From positions 416,001 through 480,000 of the forward strand of contig CBDAOB010000004.1 of NCBI GenBank assembly GCA_965197905.1: a DNA stretch of 64,000 bases. Direction: 5' to 3'. The notes below the pieces were generated by a model that worked only from the letters and a program-made list of their open reading frames with translations, had not been told where the DNA came from and ran no database searches. Of this stretch, positions 33,270 to 43,277 are shown in pieces; the first letter of the stretch is position 1, and every line of letters starts with the position of its first letter. The translations under genes were made by a program, and so were the position numbers. The DNA comes from Candidatus Latescibacterota bacterium. GTDB taxonomy: Bacteria > Latescibacterota > UBA2968 > UBA8231.

Positions 33270-33324
33270 TGTTTCAACTCCCTGTTTCGAGTTGTCGGTT
33301 TTCGAGTTAAGGTTCGCCGTACCG

Positions 33325-34434
33325 TTACGTTCCTTCCAGACGACTAAACACGTTGTGCAGGAAAGTACGATTGTCGCAACCCACGTAAACCATCTCGCCA
33401 CCCATTCGACTAAACGTCTTGCAGAACCTCACGTAATACGCCGGATCCTCTTGGGGTGGCTCTCCTCGAGACCAATCCCAGTTCACTTGCGCGAGGTCGT
33501 TGACGGCAATAAAGGGTTGGATGGCCTCCTTGTGCTCTTGTAGGCGCAGGTTGTTTGCCACGGATAGGGCTTTCTCGAAAACCTGGGGAGCCATGATTGC
33601 CGAACCGACGGAGATAAACACGCCGCCGTCCAGCCGGCTCACGCTGTCAACGAGAATTCGGTAATCCAGATCGGCACCGCGGCCGATGGCGGCACCGTTG
33701 GCCATATGGTGGTTGTAGAAAATGTCGTAACCTATTCCTGGATGCACCGTGAGCGGAACGTTCAGACGAAATGCGTTGGCGGTCAGCGAAAATTCCTTGT
33801 GGGGGTGGACGACGCCGTGCCATCCCGATTCCACTCCGAACCGGATCATCCCGTTGAGCAGCTCGGCCTGGGCCGGTATCATTTCGTTCCCGGTGAGACT
33901 GTCGCACCACTCGACGAGCGCCGCGCGCAACTCGGTTTCCTGCGGAATTTCACAACCCTCACGCCATATAAAACTTCCCACCGACTCCCCGAACCCCATG
34001 CCCCGAACTGCCCCGGCCATAACCGCCAAGTTTATGTAGCGCCCGGTTTCTTCCCAGGTGCCGAAGCAACCTCGCGCCACGTGTTCGCGAACATCCTCTT
34101 CAGACCTGCCGCAAAAGGCATACTCCCAATCGTGGATCGTGCCGGCTCCGTTGGTGGCGAGGTGGGTTACCCATCCTCTTTCCATCAGCCCGCACACCAG
34201 TGGCCCTAGACCGTTTTTGACGAGGTGGGCACCGTAGGCCAGGATGACCGCTGCCCCCGCATTTCGCGCGCTCTGGATTCGCCCAACCAGGCGTTCTATG
34301 GCTGCGGTATTCGCCCCCGGATCCGGCGGAGAAACTGTCGCATCGTAGCGAATATCTTCGACACCCCATTTGCTTTGGCGCGACGCCAGCGGTTGCAGCG
34401 CAATCTTACCAAGATCAACCCGATCGTAGGGCAC
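33325..34434 (-). CDS. Deoxyhypusine-synthase-like fold hypothetical protein
   Basis: GAHLVKNG, HLATNGAGTIHDWE, TVHPGIGYDI, GSAIMAPQVFEKALS. Confidence 0.6.
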   Translation of the reverse strand: MPYDRVDLGKIALQPLASRQSKWGVEDIRYDATVSPPDPGANTAAIERLVGRIQSARNAGAAVILAYGAHLVKNGLGPLVCGLMERGWVTHLATNGAGTIHDWEYAFCGRSEEDVREHVARGCFGTWEETGRYINLAVMAGAVRGMGFGESVGSFIWREGCEIPQETELRAALVEWCDSLTGNEMIPAQAELLNGMIRFGVESGWHGVVHPHKEFSLTANAFRLNVPLTVHPGIGYDIFYNHHMANGAAIGRGADLDYRILVDSVSRLDGGVFISVGSAIMAPQVFEKALSVANNLRLQEHKEAIQPFIAVNDLAQVNWDWSRGEPPQEDPAYYVRFCKTFSRMGGEMVYVGCDNRTFLHNVFSRLEGT

Positions 34435-34520
34435 GGCATCTCCTGTCAGTTTTGAAGAACTCGGCGCGCCTGCTCGCGGACATTTGAGCCCATGTGACGT
34501 TCCGCCCTATATTCTGCGGA

Positions 34521-35681
34521 ATGAAGATCACCGCCGTCAAATCCTTTCTGGTCAACCCCGATTCCTCCAAGAACCTCCTGTTCATCAAGGTCGAGACGGA
34601 CGAGGGTCTACACGGTTGGGGGGAGTCGTATACCCAGAGCGATCGCGATCGCGCCATTGAAGCCCACGTGCGTCAGCTCGCACGGTATCTGGTCGGGCGC
34701 GATCCGCTGCACATCAAATATTTCACCTTCTGGGCGTATACGGATTTCGCCTCCAAACGGGGATCGATGGATTTGTATTCTGCCATAAGCGGCATTGAGC
34801 AAGCGCTGTGGGACATCGCCGGCAAAGCGATGTCCCAGCCCGTCTACAACCTACTCGGCGGACCGTGCAGGGACAAGATTCGCGTCTACGCCAACGGTTG
34901 GGGCGCCTGGTACCACACCGAGAACCGAACGGAAGAGATTGCCCGCCGCGCCGCCGATCTCGTCGCCGGGGGATTCACCGCGTTGAAATTCGATCCGTTT
35001 GCAGGACCGTGGCGAACGATCATTGACCGTCGCGCAGAACAGCAAGCGGTGGATTCCGTGCAAGCTGTCCGCGAGGCGGTAGGTCCCAATGTGGATATCC
35101 TGGTCGAGGTACATCGTCGACTGGCTCCCATGCACGCTATCAGGGTAGCCGAACTCATGGAGCCGTACACTCCGTTCTGGTTCGAGGAGCCGGTGTCGTC
35201 GAGGGATCTCGGCGGCCTGTTGGAGGCCAAACGCCGCATAAAATTGCCCATTGTAACGGGCGAGGAACTATATACTAAGACCGAATTTCGGGAGGTGTTC
35301 GAGCGACGGGCAGCGGACATCATCAATGCCGACGTGTGCAATTGCGGAGGAATCCTGGAGCTCCGAGAAATTGCCGCCATGGCGGAAGCGTACCACATCG
35401 CGGTATCGCCGCATAATTACAACAGCACGACGGTCGGTCTCTCCGCCACCATACACGCTGCCGCCGGCATGCCGAACTTTTTGATAACCGAATACTTCGT
35501 CAATCTCGAAAGCATGGCGAAGGCCGCTGCCGTCAATCCGCCCGTGGTCAAAAACGGGTATATCGAGCTTCCCACCGCTCCGGGATTGGGCATCGACCTG
35601 GATGAGGAAGCGCTGCAGAGCTATGCCGACACCGAGCGCCCGGCTCGACGGCTGAGATTCCCGGCTGACGAAGGTCCTTGA
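34521..35681 (+). CDS. Galactonate dehydratase-like enolase superfamily enzyme
   Basis: MKITAVK, IKVETDEG..GWGE, VYANGW, KFDP, EVH, FEEP, TGEEL, SPHN. Confidence 0.88.
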   Translation: MKITAVKSFLVNPDSSKNLLFIKVETDEGLHGWGESYTQSDRDRAIEAHVRQLARYLVGRDPLHIKYFTFWAYTDFASKRGSMDLYSAISGIEQALWDIAGKAMSQPVYNLLGGPCRDKIRVYANGWGAWYHTENRTEEIARRAADLVAGGFTALKFDPFAGPWRTIIDRRAEQQAVDSVQAVREAVGPNVDILVEVHRRLAPMHAIRVAELMEPYTPFWFEEPVSSRDLGGLLEAKRRIKLPIVTGEELYTKTEFREVFERRAADIINADVCNCGGILELREIAAMAEAYHIAVSPHNYNSTTVGLSATIHAAAGMPNFLITEYFVNLESMAKAAAVNPPVVKNGYIELPTAPGLGIDLDEEALQSYADTERPARRLRFPADEGP

Positions 35682-35692
35682 GATCTGATCGA

Positions 35693-36946
35693 TTATCGAG
35701 GGGCAGCGGGAAGCTGAATCGGAGCACATGGCAACAAAGCCACGTTCGGCACCGGCGGCAGCTCCCGGTCCAAAAGCGATACTACGCGATCCCAGTCACG
35801 CACCAGAATATCCCCGGTAAATCTCTTGTAGAAATGCTGCGCGGGAAAGTTCTCCGAGCACACGATGCGCTGGGTTTTGTCGCCAACCCGAGCTTCGACG
35901 CTGCCGGCGTTGGATCGTTTCTCCAACGCCTGAAAGTGCGCGTAATCGAGCCCTTCGCGCGCACCGTGGAAACAGATGCCGTCGCAAGCAGCATCGACCA
36001 CCAGAACGAAGGTGTTTTCGAAATATTCGGAGACCCATAGAGACTTTCCCAGCTGCACGGGATCGGCGTCGTATGGATAGGCGTTGGCCACGACGAGGTC
36101 GACGGGACCATCGGGCAACTCAGTGGCGTAGATATCCCTCGCCGATTCCATGCCGCGAACGTGGGCTTCTTCCAGATCGCCGGCCACGATCCCGGCTGGC
36201 TCTCGTCGCGCGTTTATCACCACGTTTACGATAAAATCCAATCCCAATCTTCTCGCCGCCTCCTGCATCGCGTTGCGGCCGTCGGTGGTTGGATCGCTAG
36301 TCGTCCGCGATCCGCGTCCGCGGTAGCTGCACATATTGTGGAGGTAGTCTATCGTTGCATATCCCGCTACCCCCGGTACCACGAGCTTGGCGCCACCCCC
36401 GAAGCCAGCGAGTCCGTGGGGGTATATGCCGCCAATACAGATTTTCAGATCGGCATCGGCAACCGTTGGATTGATATACAGTGGCATGCCGCAGGAGAGG
36501 TTACCCAGCGCCCGCAGCTCGCCGCTCATGAAGTCGTGATTCTGCACCTCGTAATCGGCGGCTACTTCCTTGCCGAGCTTCTTGGCGATTTCATCTGAGC
36601 TCAGAGGTCGATGGGACCCGGATCCGATAACGAAGCGGATCTCACCCATGGAAAGACCGGCGGATAACAAGCGATCAAGCAAGCCCGGAAGCACCGCCGC
36701 GACCGGGGTTGGACGGCAGAGATCGTCCACGACGATGGCCGCACTTTTCTTACCCCGAGCCAGCTGTTCCAAGGGTGGAGTACCGATAGGCGCATCGAAA
36801 GTCGACGCAATCTGCTCGTCGGTCAACGCCGCGACCTCTTTGGGTGGGCAAACGCGAAGCTTCCAATGGTCGGGGAACACCAGCGCGCGCTCCTCATCCC
36901 CGTGCCACGCCCTGGAACAGACGTTGACGATTTGGTTCAATTCCAT
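35693..36946 (-). CDS. LarA-family (nickel-pincer) racemase/epimerase
   Basis: ATG 36946; DDLCRPTP, GSGSHR, YPHG, GGGAK..PGVAG..YLH. Confidence 0.85.
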   Translation of the reverse strand: MELNQIVNVCSRAWHGDEERALVFPDHWKLRVCPPKEVAALTDEQIASTFDAPIGTPPLEQLARGKKSAAIVVDDLCRPTPVAAVLPGLLDRLLSAGLSMGEIRFVIGSGSHRPLSSDEIAKKLGKEVAADYEVQNHDFMSGELRALGNLSCGMPLYINPTVADADLKICIGGIYPHGLAGFGGGAKLVVPGVAGYATIDYLHNMCSYRGRGSRTTSDPTTDGRNAMQEAARRLGLDFIVNVVINARREPAGIVAGDLEEAHVRGMESARDIYATELPDGPVDLVVANAYPYDADPVQLGKSLWVSEYFENTFVLVVDAACDGICFHGAREGLDYAHFQALEKRSNAGSVEARVGDKTQRIVCSENFPAQHFYKRFTGDILVRDWDRVVSLLDRELPPVPNVALLPCAPIQLPAAPR

Positions 36947-36959
36947 TGAAGCCGTGTAT

Positions 36960-37550
36960 CTAGTGCAAGCTGGCTTTCGCGGCGGCGAGCAGAACATCCA
37001 CCTGCAGGCGCACCCTGAAATCGGGATTGACGTACTGAAACTTGATCTTCCCGTTCCTGTCGGCGATGAAAACCGCCGGTACGGGAAGCGGCGATCTACC
37101 CACGGTCTGAAACGCCACGCCAAAAGCTCGAGCAGCTTTGAGGCCACTGTCTGAAAGCAGCGTGAAGGTCAGTTTATTCTCCCGCGCTGCCACACCAAGA
37201 TCGGCCGGAGGATCGGGCGTAAGTGCAAGGATCTGGTACCCACGTGACTGGAGTTCCGGCAAGAGCTCCTGCAATTGCGCCAACTGGCGCACGCAGTAGC
37301 CTCACCACTTTCCCCGATAGAAGATCAGCAGCGTCGGAGCTCGCTGAGTCAGTTCCCGCAGTTGCACGGTTTCCCCGGTGGGCGTTTTCACCGCCGCCTC
37401 GGGGATCGTCTCGCCGATGAGCAATGGCGTGACTTGCCTGGGTGACGTCGGAAGCACTGTGGCATGTTTCGGAGCCGAATCGCCATGAACCAACACCGCG
37501 GCGGCCAGTGTAAACAGAATCGCGTATCCTGGAGTTCGCGTCGTTCGCAT
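36960..37550 (-). CDS. Exported peroxiredoxin-like (AhpC/TSA) selenoprotein, Sec at TGA 37302-37304
   Basis: ORFs 37302..37757 and 36960..37292 are one frame: LLIFYRGKW-U-GYCVRQLAQLQ matches the family motif FYRGxWCPYC; later LLSD, PVPAVFIAD; signal peptide. Confidence 0.88.
37269..37296 (-). promoter_or_regulatory. Bacterial SECIS-like hairpin
   Basis: After UGA: CUGC-G-UGCGCC[AGUU]GGCGCA-AUU-GCAG; the G-containing apical loop starts 16 nt after UGA. Confidence 0.75.
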
Positions 37551-37784
37551 TTGGATTCCTGCTGTTGATGGGTAGTAATCGAGGGGACGTGTAACTGTAA
37601 CGAATAATGTAACTGGAAACAAACCACCGCTTGTGGCTCGGAGGAATGCGCTTGAAGGGTGGTAGCCGCTGGCATATCTTCTTGGGGTTTTTCGAAACGC
37701 ACCGCCGTGCATCCGTAAACTCGATGCAAAAATGCAGACCAGTTCTCGCATTGTCACCCAACTTGCCGACGAACAGGAGATAGC

Positions 37785-39107
37785 ATGACTGCACTGGAAG
37801 ACAGGTTTCTAGAAAGAAACCCGCGTTCCCTCGAACAGTTCGAATACCTGCGCGAGTCCACTCCGGGCGGCGTAGCCAAAGGCGCCTACTATTTCAAGCC
37901 GTTCCCGTTGACCATAGATCGCGGAGAGGGATGTTACATGTACGACGTCGATGGTCACAAGTACGTGGACTTCGTCAACCATCATACTGGACAGATCCTC
38001 GGGCACGGTCATCCGGCCGTGATGGAAGCCATCAAACGTCAAATGGAGCGAGGCATTGCGGTCGCTTCCCCCATGGGCCACGAAAAGGACATCTGCGCGG
38101 AGATGTGTCAAAGGGTGAAATCTCTCGATCGAATTCGCTTCGTAAATTCGGGAACGGAAGCAACCCTGCACGCCATACGTCTGGTGAGAGGTTCCACGGG
38201 GAAAACGAAGATCGCAAAATTCGAGGGTGGGTATCACGGCAGTCATGACGCCGTCGAAATCAGTGTCGGTCCCCCGCTGGACAAGGCGGGCCCGGCAGAT
38301 GCGCCCGTTCCCGTCGCGCAAACGGCAGGTATGTCACCACGCGCACTGGAGGAAGTCGTCATTCTGCCCTACAGCAACGTGGATGCGGTGGAACGCATCC
38401 TCGCCGCCCACAAGGACGAGCTCGCCTGTGTTATCATGGATCCAAAGGCGGGCATTCTGGAGATTTCCAAGGAATTTATTCAAGCGGTTCGGGAGATCAC
38501 GAACAGGCTCGGGTTGTACCTGATCTTTGACGAGATCGTGGGTTTTCGAGCCGGGTACGGAGGTGCCCAGGAACACTTCGGTATCGACCCGGATCTCACC
38601 GCCTACGGCAAAATCGTCGGCGGCGGTTTTCCCGTCGGTGCCTTCGGCGGGCGGGCGGATCTTATGGATCTGTTCGATCCCACGCAGCCGACCGGTTTTG
38701 GACAGAGCGGCACCTACAGCGCCAACCCGATAACCACGGCGGCCGGGCTGGCCATGTTGCGCGAGCTCACGCCTGAGGCTTTCAAACATCTCAACCGTTT
38801 GGCCGACCGCCTGAAGAACGGGCTCAACGAGATGTTTGCCCGCAAAGGTGTGGACGCCATCAGCGTCAGCCTCGGTTCGGTGTTCAGTTTCTACTTCACC
38901 CCGGAAAAGGAACTCAAAGATTACCGTTCGATGTCAAGGAATGACAAAGAGATGACCCATAAGGTATTTCTGTCGCTGCTGGAACAGGGGTACTATTTGA
39001 GTTTCGGTCTGGGAATGTGTGCCATCTGCCTGCCCACGGAGGAAAGCCATATCGACGGATTGATCGAAGCCGTAGACAAAGCGATCGACGAGGCGAAGAA
39101 TAACTGA
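37785..39107 (+). CDS. Class III PLP aminotransferase (GSA-aminomutase-like)
   Basis: NSGTEAT, KFEGGYHG, LIFDEI, YGKIVGGGFPVG. Confidence 0.88.
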   Translation: MTALEDRFLERNPRSLEQFEYLRESTPGGVAKGAYYFKPFPLTIDRGEGCYMYDVDGHKYVDFVNHHTGQILGHGHPAVMEAIKRQMERGIAVASPMGHEKDICAEMCQRVKSLDRIRFVNSGTEATLHAIRLVRGSTGKTKIAKFEGGYHGSHDAVEISVGPPLDKAGPADAPVPVAQTAGMSPRALEEVVILPYSNVDAVERILAAHKDELACVIMDPKAGILEISKEFIQAVREITNRLGLYLIFDEIVGFRAGYGGAQEHFGIDPDLTAYGKIVGGGFPVGAFGGRADLMDLFDPTQPTGFGQSGTYSANPITTAAGLAMLRELTPEAFKHLNRLADRLKNGLNEMFARKGVDAISVSLGSVFSFYFTPEKELKDYRSMSRNDKEMTHKVFLSLLEQGYYLSFGLGMCAICLPTEESHIDGLIEAVDKAIDEAKNN

Positions 39108-39125
39108 GAGAAACTCCCGCAGTTG

Positions 39126-39166
39126 ACAAGAACCCGGGAAGCGCGCGGCCTCCCGGGTTTTCTTGT
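39126..39166. terminator. Probably bidirectional intrinsic terminator
   Basis: Stem aacccggga/tcccgggtt followed by ttcttgt, between convergent genes. Confidence 0.7.
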
Positions 39167-39184
39167 GTCCGAATACGACTCCGA

Positions 39185-39712
39185 TCAATCAGCTGGATCG
39201 AGAACGGCCACGTGTGGCAAACAACGAAATTGCTGATTGTAGTCCATGCCGAATCCCACGACGAAATGATCGGCGATCTCGAATCCCAGGTAGTCAATGG
39301 CAACATTGTAGGTTCGATTGGCGGGTTTGTTCAGCAACGAACACACCTTGAGCGACCGGGGTCCCTGTTTTTCCAGCGCCGTCAGTAGCTGTGACAGGGT
39401 CAAACCGGTATCTACAATACCGTCGACCACGATCACGTCCCGGTTTTTGATATCGAGGGAAACCTGCCTGCGAAATTCCGCGACGCCGCGACTCGATCCT
39501 CCATCATACGAAGAAATATCGACGAAATCGTACTGCACCGATGCGGAAAACTCGGGTGGAAATTCCCGCAGCAATCTCATCATGAAGTCCACCGCCCCGG
39601 TCAGTACGCCGATAAAGACGGGCGAGGAGGACCGCTCGTAATCGACAACGATTTCAGCCGCGAGCTGCTCTATGCGCGCCGTCAACGTTTGAGAATCGAA
39701 TAGAATCTTCAC
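39185..39712 (-). CDS. hpt: Hypoxanthine phosphoribosyltransferase
   Basis: GTG 39712 with GAGGA RBS; IGVLTGA, ISSY, VVDGIVDTGLT, FVVGFGMDY. Confidence 0.9.
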   Translation of the reverse strand: MKILFDSQTLTARIEQLAAEIVVDYERSSSPVFIGVLTGAVDFMMRLLREFPPEFSASVQYDFVDISSYDGGSSRGVAEFRRQVSLDIKNRDVIVVDGIVDTGLTLSQLLTALEKQGPRSLKVCSLLNKPANRTYNVAIDYLGFEIADHFVVGFGMDYNQQFRCLPHVAVLDPAD

Positions 39713-39977
39713 ATGTCCTCGAGATGCACAGGTTAATCTGTCCGGTTTGTTTCGGACCCTCGGACAGCTTTGATTCGGGAAAATCGTGAGACGTTCCCCG
39801 TCGGCTGTCAAGTGGGCTGTTTATGGGCCTTGAATCGCAGCTTAGAGCTTGCCTTTGGATATGCAGCTTTGTATCGTATCGAGAATCTTCAACGTGCCGC
39901 CATAGGCGACTCGAGCCTGACAACCCTAACAGTGAGAAAAACCTGGACTTACGGCTATATCGAGAGCATATTAATTT

Positions 39978-40072
39978 ACGGAATTTCCTACTTTAAGGTC
40001 TTGACAGTCAGGGTTAATCAACAAAGATAAGTTAGAGTGGGCTATATTTCTCGCCAAAGTAGGAAATTCCGT
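39978..40072. repeat. Perfect 17-bp inverted repeat flanking a 61-bp spacer
   Basis: acggaatttcctacttt (39978-39994) / aaagtaggaaattccgt (40056-40072). Confidence 0.9.
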
Positions 40073-40206
40073 TAATTTAAATGGGCCAGGGCGAGGAATG
40101 GTGGCAGCAAGCGTACAGCGTCTCCTAAAGCGTCGTAAGATAGAGCTTGTTGTCCGTCCACCGGTCGAATATTTGAGAGGAAGGAAGTCGAAGGGAGCAC
40201 CGGCAC

Positions 40207-40632
40207 ATGCAAGACAACAGAAAGACGAAGGCGCAGCTTATTGCCGAACTAAGCGACGTGCGGGGACGCCTTGCCGCGCTGGAAGGCAAGGTGGTTTCTT
40301 TGGGCGAAGACCTCGGCAAGGAGGACGACGGAGCCTCCCAACGTGCAGCGCGCGAGGAATTGAATACCCCGATTCAGTTTATTGGGGACTTTGATTTGAT
40401 CGAGGCGAAGGGCGTGGACCTGTCATCGGGAGGCATCTGTTTCGACGCCGAAGCCGATATTCCGTTCGAGATGGAATTCCAGATGGCTGGTGATACAAAG
40501 AAATATCGTGCCCACCTGGTGTGGATGAAGCCGCTGGGAAATGGTCGCAGCAGACTAGGCTTCAAGTTCGTGCCGGACGAGTCGTCCCGTCTTTTATGGA
40601 TCTACAAGGAACTGAAAGAGACGGCTGATTGA
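40207..40632 (+). CDS. Small PilZ-domain protein
   Basis: QRAAR (RxxR, one residue short of RxxxR), DLSSGG, N-terminal KTKAQLIAEL coiled coil. Confidence 0.8.
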   Translation: MQDNRKTKAQLIAELSDVRGRLAALEGKVVSLGEDLGKEDDGASQRAAREELNTPIQFIGDFDLIEAKGVDLSSGGICFDAEADIPFEMEFQMAGDTKKYRAHLVWMKPLGNGRSRLGFKFVPDESSRLLWIYKELKETAD

Positions 40633-40659
40633 AGCAGCCGGTCACGCGCGGGACATGCA

Positions 40660-40974
40660 ATGCTAACGATCTTGATGATCAGTGCTCTCACGCTAGTGGT
40701 TGCCACCGTCGGTGCTGCCCTCATTACCGGACGCGAGATTCAGCGGCTTAAATTCGAGCTGAAGAGGCTGGAACAAGCCAAAGAGCACGCGTTGATGGAA
40801 CTAGAGGAGGCTAAGCAACGGCGGCAGGCGGCCGAGGGCACGGTCGGCGTGCTGGAGAACGTCAAGAAGGAGAAGAGATCGTCCCATGAGAAGCTCCTCA
40901 TGGAGCTGGAAGAACTGAGCTCTCGCGCTGTAGTAGTCGCTCGCAACCGTCCCGTCCACTCATTCCCTAGCTGA
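40660..40974 (+). CDS. Membrane-anchored coiled-coil hypothetical protein
   Basis: N-terminal hydrophobic helix followed by a heptad-rich E/K/R segment. Confidence 0.65.
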   Translation: MLTILMISALTLVVATVGAALITGREIQRLKFELKRLEQAKEHALMELEEAKQRRQAAEGTVGVLENVKKEKRSSHEKLLMELEELSSRAVVVARNRPVHSFPS

Positions 40975-41005
40975 TTCAGACCTGCCGTCCCACCGCCCAA
41001 GTGGG

Positions 41006-42109
41006 TTAGGCTGCTCCCGCTATCGCCGGCTTACCGTTCGGTTCTGCCGTCGTTTTGTCGCCCTCTGAGGTATCGTCGGTCGGCGATATACTGAATATCT
41101 TTCTCAGCTCGCCCTCGATTTGACCGGCTATGGAGTCATTCTCTCGCAGGAAGGTACGCGCGTTTTCCCGGCCCTGGCCCAGACGGTCGCTGCCGAACGA
41201 AAACCAGGTTCCGCTCTTCTCGACGATTCGGTGATCGACCCCCAGGTCTAACAGATCGCCCTCTTTTGATATGCCGACGTCTTCCCCGTTGAACATGATG
41301 TCGAATTCCGCCTGACGGAACGGAGGCGCAACCTTGTTCTTGACTACCTTGACCCTCGTCCGGCGGCCGATGACCTCGTCGCCATCCTTAATCGAACCGA
41401 TGCTTCTAATATCCAGCCGCACGGAGGAGTAGAACGACAACGCGCGCCCTCCGGTGGTGGTTTCGGGATTGCCGAACATTACGCCGATTTTCATACGTAG
41501 CTGGTTTATGAAGAGAACGGTGGTGCCAGACCGCTGCGCCGAGCCGGTCAGTTTGCGCAGTGCCTGAGACATGAGCCTGGCCTGGAGGCCCATGTGGGAG
41601 TCCCCCATGTCTCCGTCCAACTCTGCCCGCGGCACCAGAGCGGCAACCGAATCGATTACGATTATGTCGATAGCTGCGCTGCGCACGAGAGTGTCGGTGA
41701 TCTCCAGCGCCTCCTCGCCGGAACTCGGTTGCGCCACTAGCAAGTTGTCGATATCGACCCCCAGGCGCCGGGCGAACCCCACATCGAGCGCGTGCTCGGC
41801 GTCGATAAAGGCGGCAATACCGCCCTGCTTTTGCGCTTCGGCCACGGAATGCAACGCACACATGGTTTTTCCGGCGGCTTCCGGGCCGAACAGTTCGACG
41901 ATTCTGCCACGCGGAAGTCCGCCGATGCCCAGTGCGGCATCGAGAGAGAGCGATCCGGTGGGTATTACATCGACCTCGACGACCGGGGACTCCCCCAGCC
42001 GCATTATGGCACCCTTGCCGAACTGTCGTTCGATCTGGCTGAGGGCCGTATCCATCGCCTTCTGTTTCTCGTCCTTTTTTGGGGATTGATTCTGATTGTT
42101 CTTGGGCAT
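41006..42109 (-). CDS. recA: Recombinase A
   Basis: [49 protein letters not shown]. Confidence 0.98.
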   Translation of the reverse strand: MPKNNQNQSPKKDEKQKAMDTALSQIERQFGKGAIMRLGESPVVEVDVIPTGSLSLDAALGIGGLPRGRIVELFGPEAAGKTMCALHSVAEAQKQGGIAAFIDAEHALDVGFARRLGVDIDNLLVAQPSSGEEALEITDTLVRSAAIDIIVIDSVAALVPRAELDGDMGDSHMGLQARLMSQALRKLTGSAQRSGTTVLFINQLRMKIGVMFGNPETTTGGRALSFYSSVRLDIRSIGSIKDGDEVIGRRTRVKVVKNKVAPPFRQAEFDIMFNGEDVGISKEGDLLDLGVDHRIVEKSGTWFSFGSDRLGQGRENARTFLRENDSIAGQIEGELRKIFSISPTDDTSEGDKTTAEPNGKPAIAGAA

Positions 42110-42140
42110 CGCGTCCTCCCTGGCTGATTGGGTCATATAG

Positions 42141-42177
42141 TGCACAAAAAGATAGTATTCATTTGTGCAGTTGTCAA
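42141..42177 (-). promoter_or_regulatory. recA promoter with overlapping palindromic operator (candidate SOS boxes)
   Basis: TTGACA (42177-42172)-N17-TATCTT; TGCACAAA-N13-TTTGTGCA covers the spacer and -10. Confidence 0.7.
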
Positions 42178-42343
42178 GCGCAAAAGCGCAGCCTCAGCCC
42201 CCCGTATCAACAATTGTGCCGATTGTCGACTCTCACGTAACGCGCTGATTATACGCAATTTGAGTAAATGGGGAGACTGCGGTCGTGGGTGGGGATAGAG
42301 GCAGCCGTGTGTAGCGTAGGAAACAATGAGGGCGGAACCGGAG

Positions 42344-43216
42344 TCAGGCCCGATTGGCAACGACTACCCTGGGCGTCTCCGTGAGGTCGTCGAAGCAGAC
42401 GATATGGGCGAGTCGACCGCTGTTGCCGAGGATCTCCATCACAGGCTGCGACTGGTCATCGCCCACTTCGAGCACGAGGCTCCCGTGAGGTGCCAGGAAC
42501 TGAGGGGCGTCGACCGCTAGCCGCCGGTAGAAATTCAACCCGTCCTCACCGCCATCGAGAGCCAATCTGGGTTCGAACTCCCTGACTTCGGGGGGCAGGG
42601 CGGGCATCTCCGGCGATGCCACGTATGGCGGATTGCTGACGATCAGGTCGAACGAAGCGAGGGTGTTTCCGTTCAGACAGGCAAACAGGTCCCCGGCGAC
42701 CGTCCGCAACCGCTCCCCAACCTGGCTCTGGTCCGCGTTGACGCGGGTCACGCGGAGCGCCCCGAGGGAAATATCGACGGCCAGCACCTGCGCAGGCGGA
42801 TGTTCGAAGGCAACCGAAATCCCCACGGCACCGGAGCCGCAGCCCATGTCCAGAACCTTCGGTGAGTCGCGAGACTCCAGCTGTCGCAGCCCCACGTCCA
42901 CGAGAACCTCCGTCTCGGGACGCGGTATCAGCACCGCTTCGTCCACCTGCAGTTCCAGATGTCGGAACGCGGCTTTCCCTGTAATGTATTGAACCGGCGT
43001 GCCGTCCAGCCGCTGCTTTACGGACTGACGGTAACAGCCCACTTCGCTGTCGCTTAGGGTGCGTTCGAAGTGGAGGTAGAGGTCGAGGCGGCCCATCTCC
43101 AACACCGCTGCAAGCAGGATTTCGGCCTGCAGGCGAGGGTTTTCTAACCCCTTGGATACAAAAAAGCTGCTCGTTTGGTCGAGAATCTCGAGCAGCTTCC
43201 AGGTTCGCCTCTCCAT
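42344..43216 (-). CDS. prmC: Release factor glutamine methyltransferase
   Basis: LIPRPETE, DMGCGSG, SNPPY; follows prfA. Confidence 0.95.
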   Translation of the reverse strand: MERRTWKLLEILDQTSSFFVSKGLENPRLQAEILLAAVLEMGRLDLYLHFERTLSDSEVGCYRQSVKQRLDGTPVQYITGKAAFRHLELQVDEAVLIPRPETEVLVDVGLRQLESRDSPKVLDMGCGSGAVGISVAFEHPPAQVLAVDISLGALRVTRVNADQSQVGERLRTVAGDLFACLNGNTLASFDLIVSNPPYVASPEMPALPPEVREFEPRLALDGGEDGLNFYRRLAVDAPQFLAPHGSLVLEVGDDQSQPVMEILGNSGRLAHIVCFDDLTETPRVVVANRA

Positions 43217-43277
43217 TGTTGCTTAGTGGTGGTGCCGCGGCGGTTCCATCGATTCGACGCGGGACCTCCCTACCGGG

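Noticed and set aside
37785..39107. Calling the aminotransferase hemL
   Set aside because: The HemL SWGP segment reads HHTG here, so it is a homolog of unknown substrate
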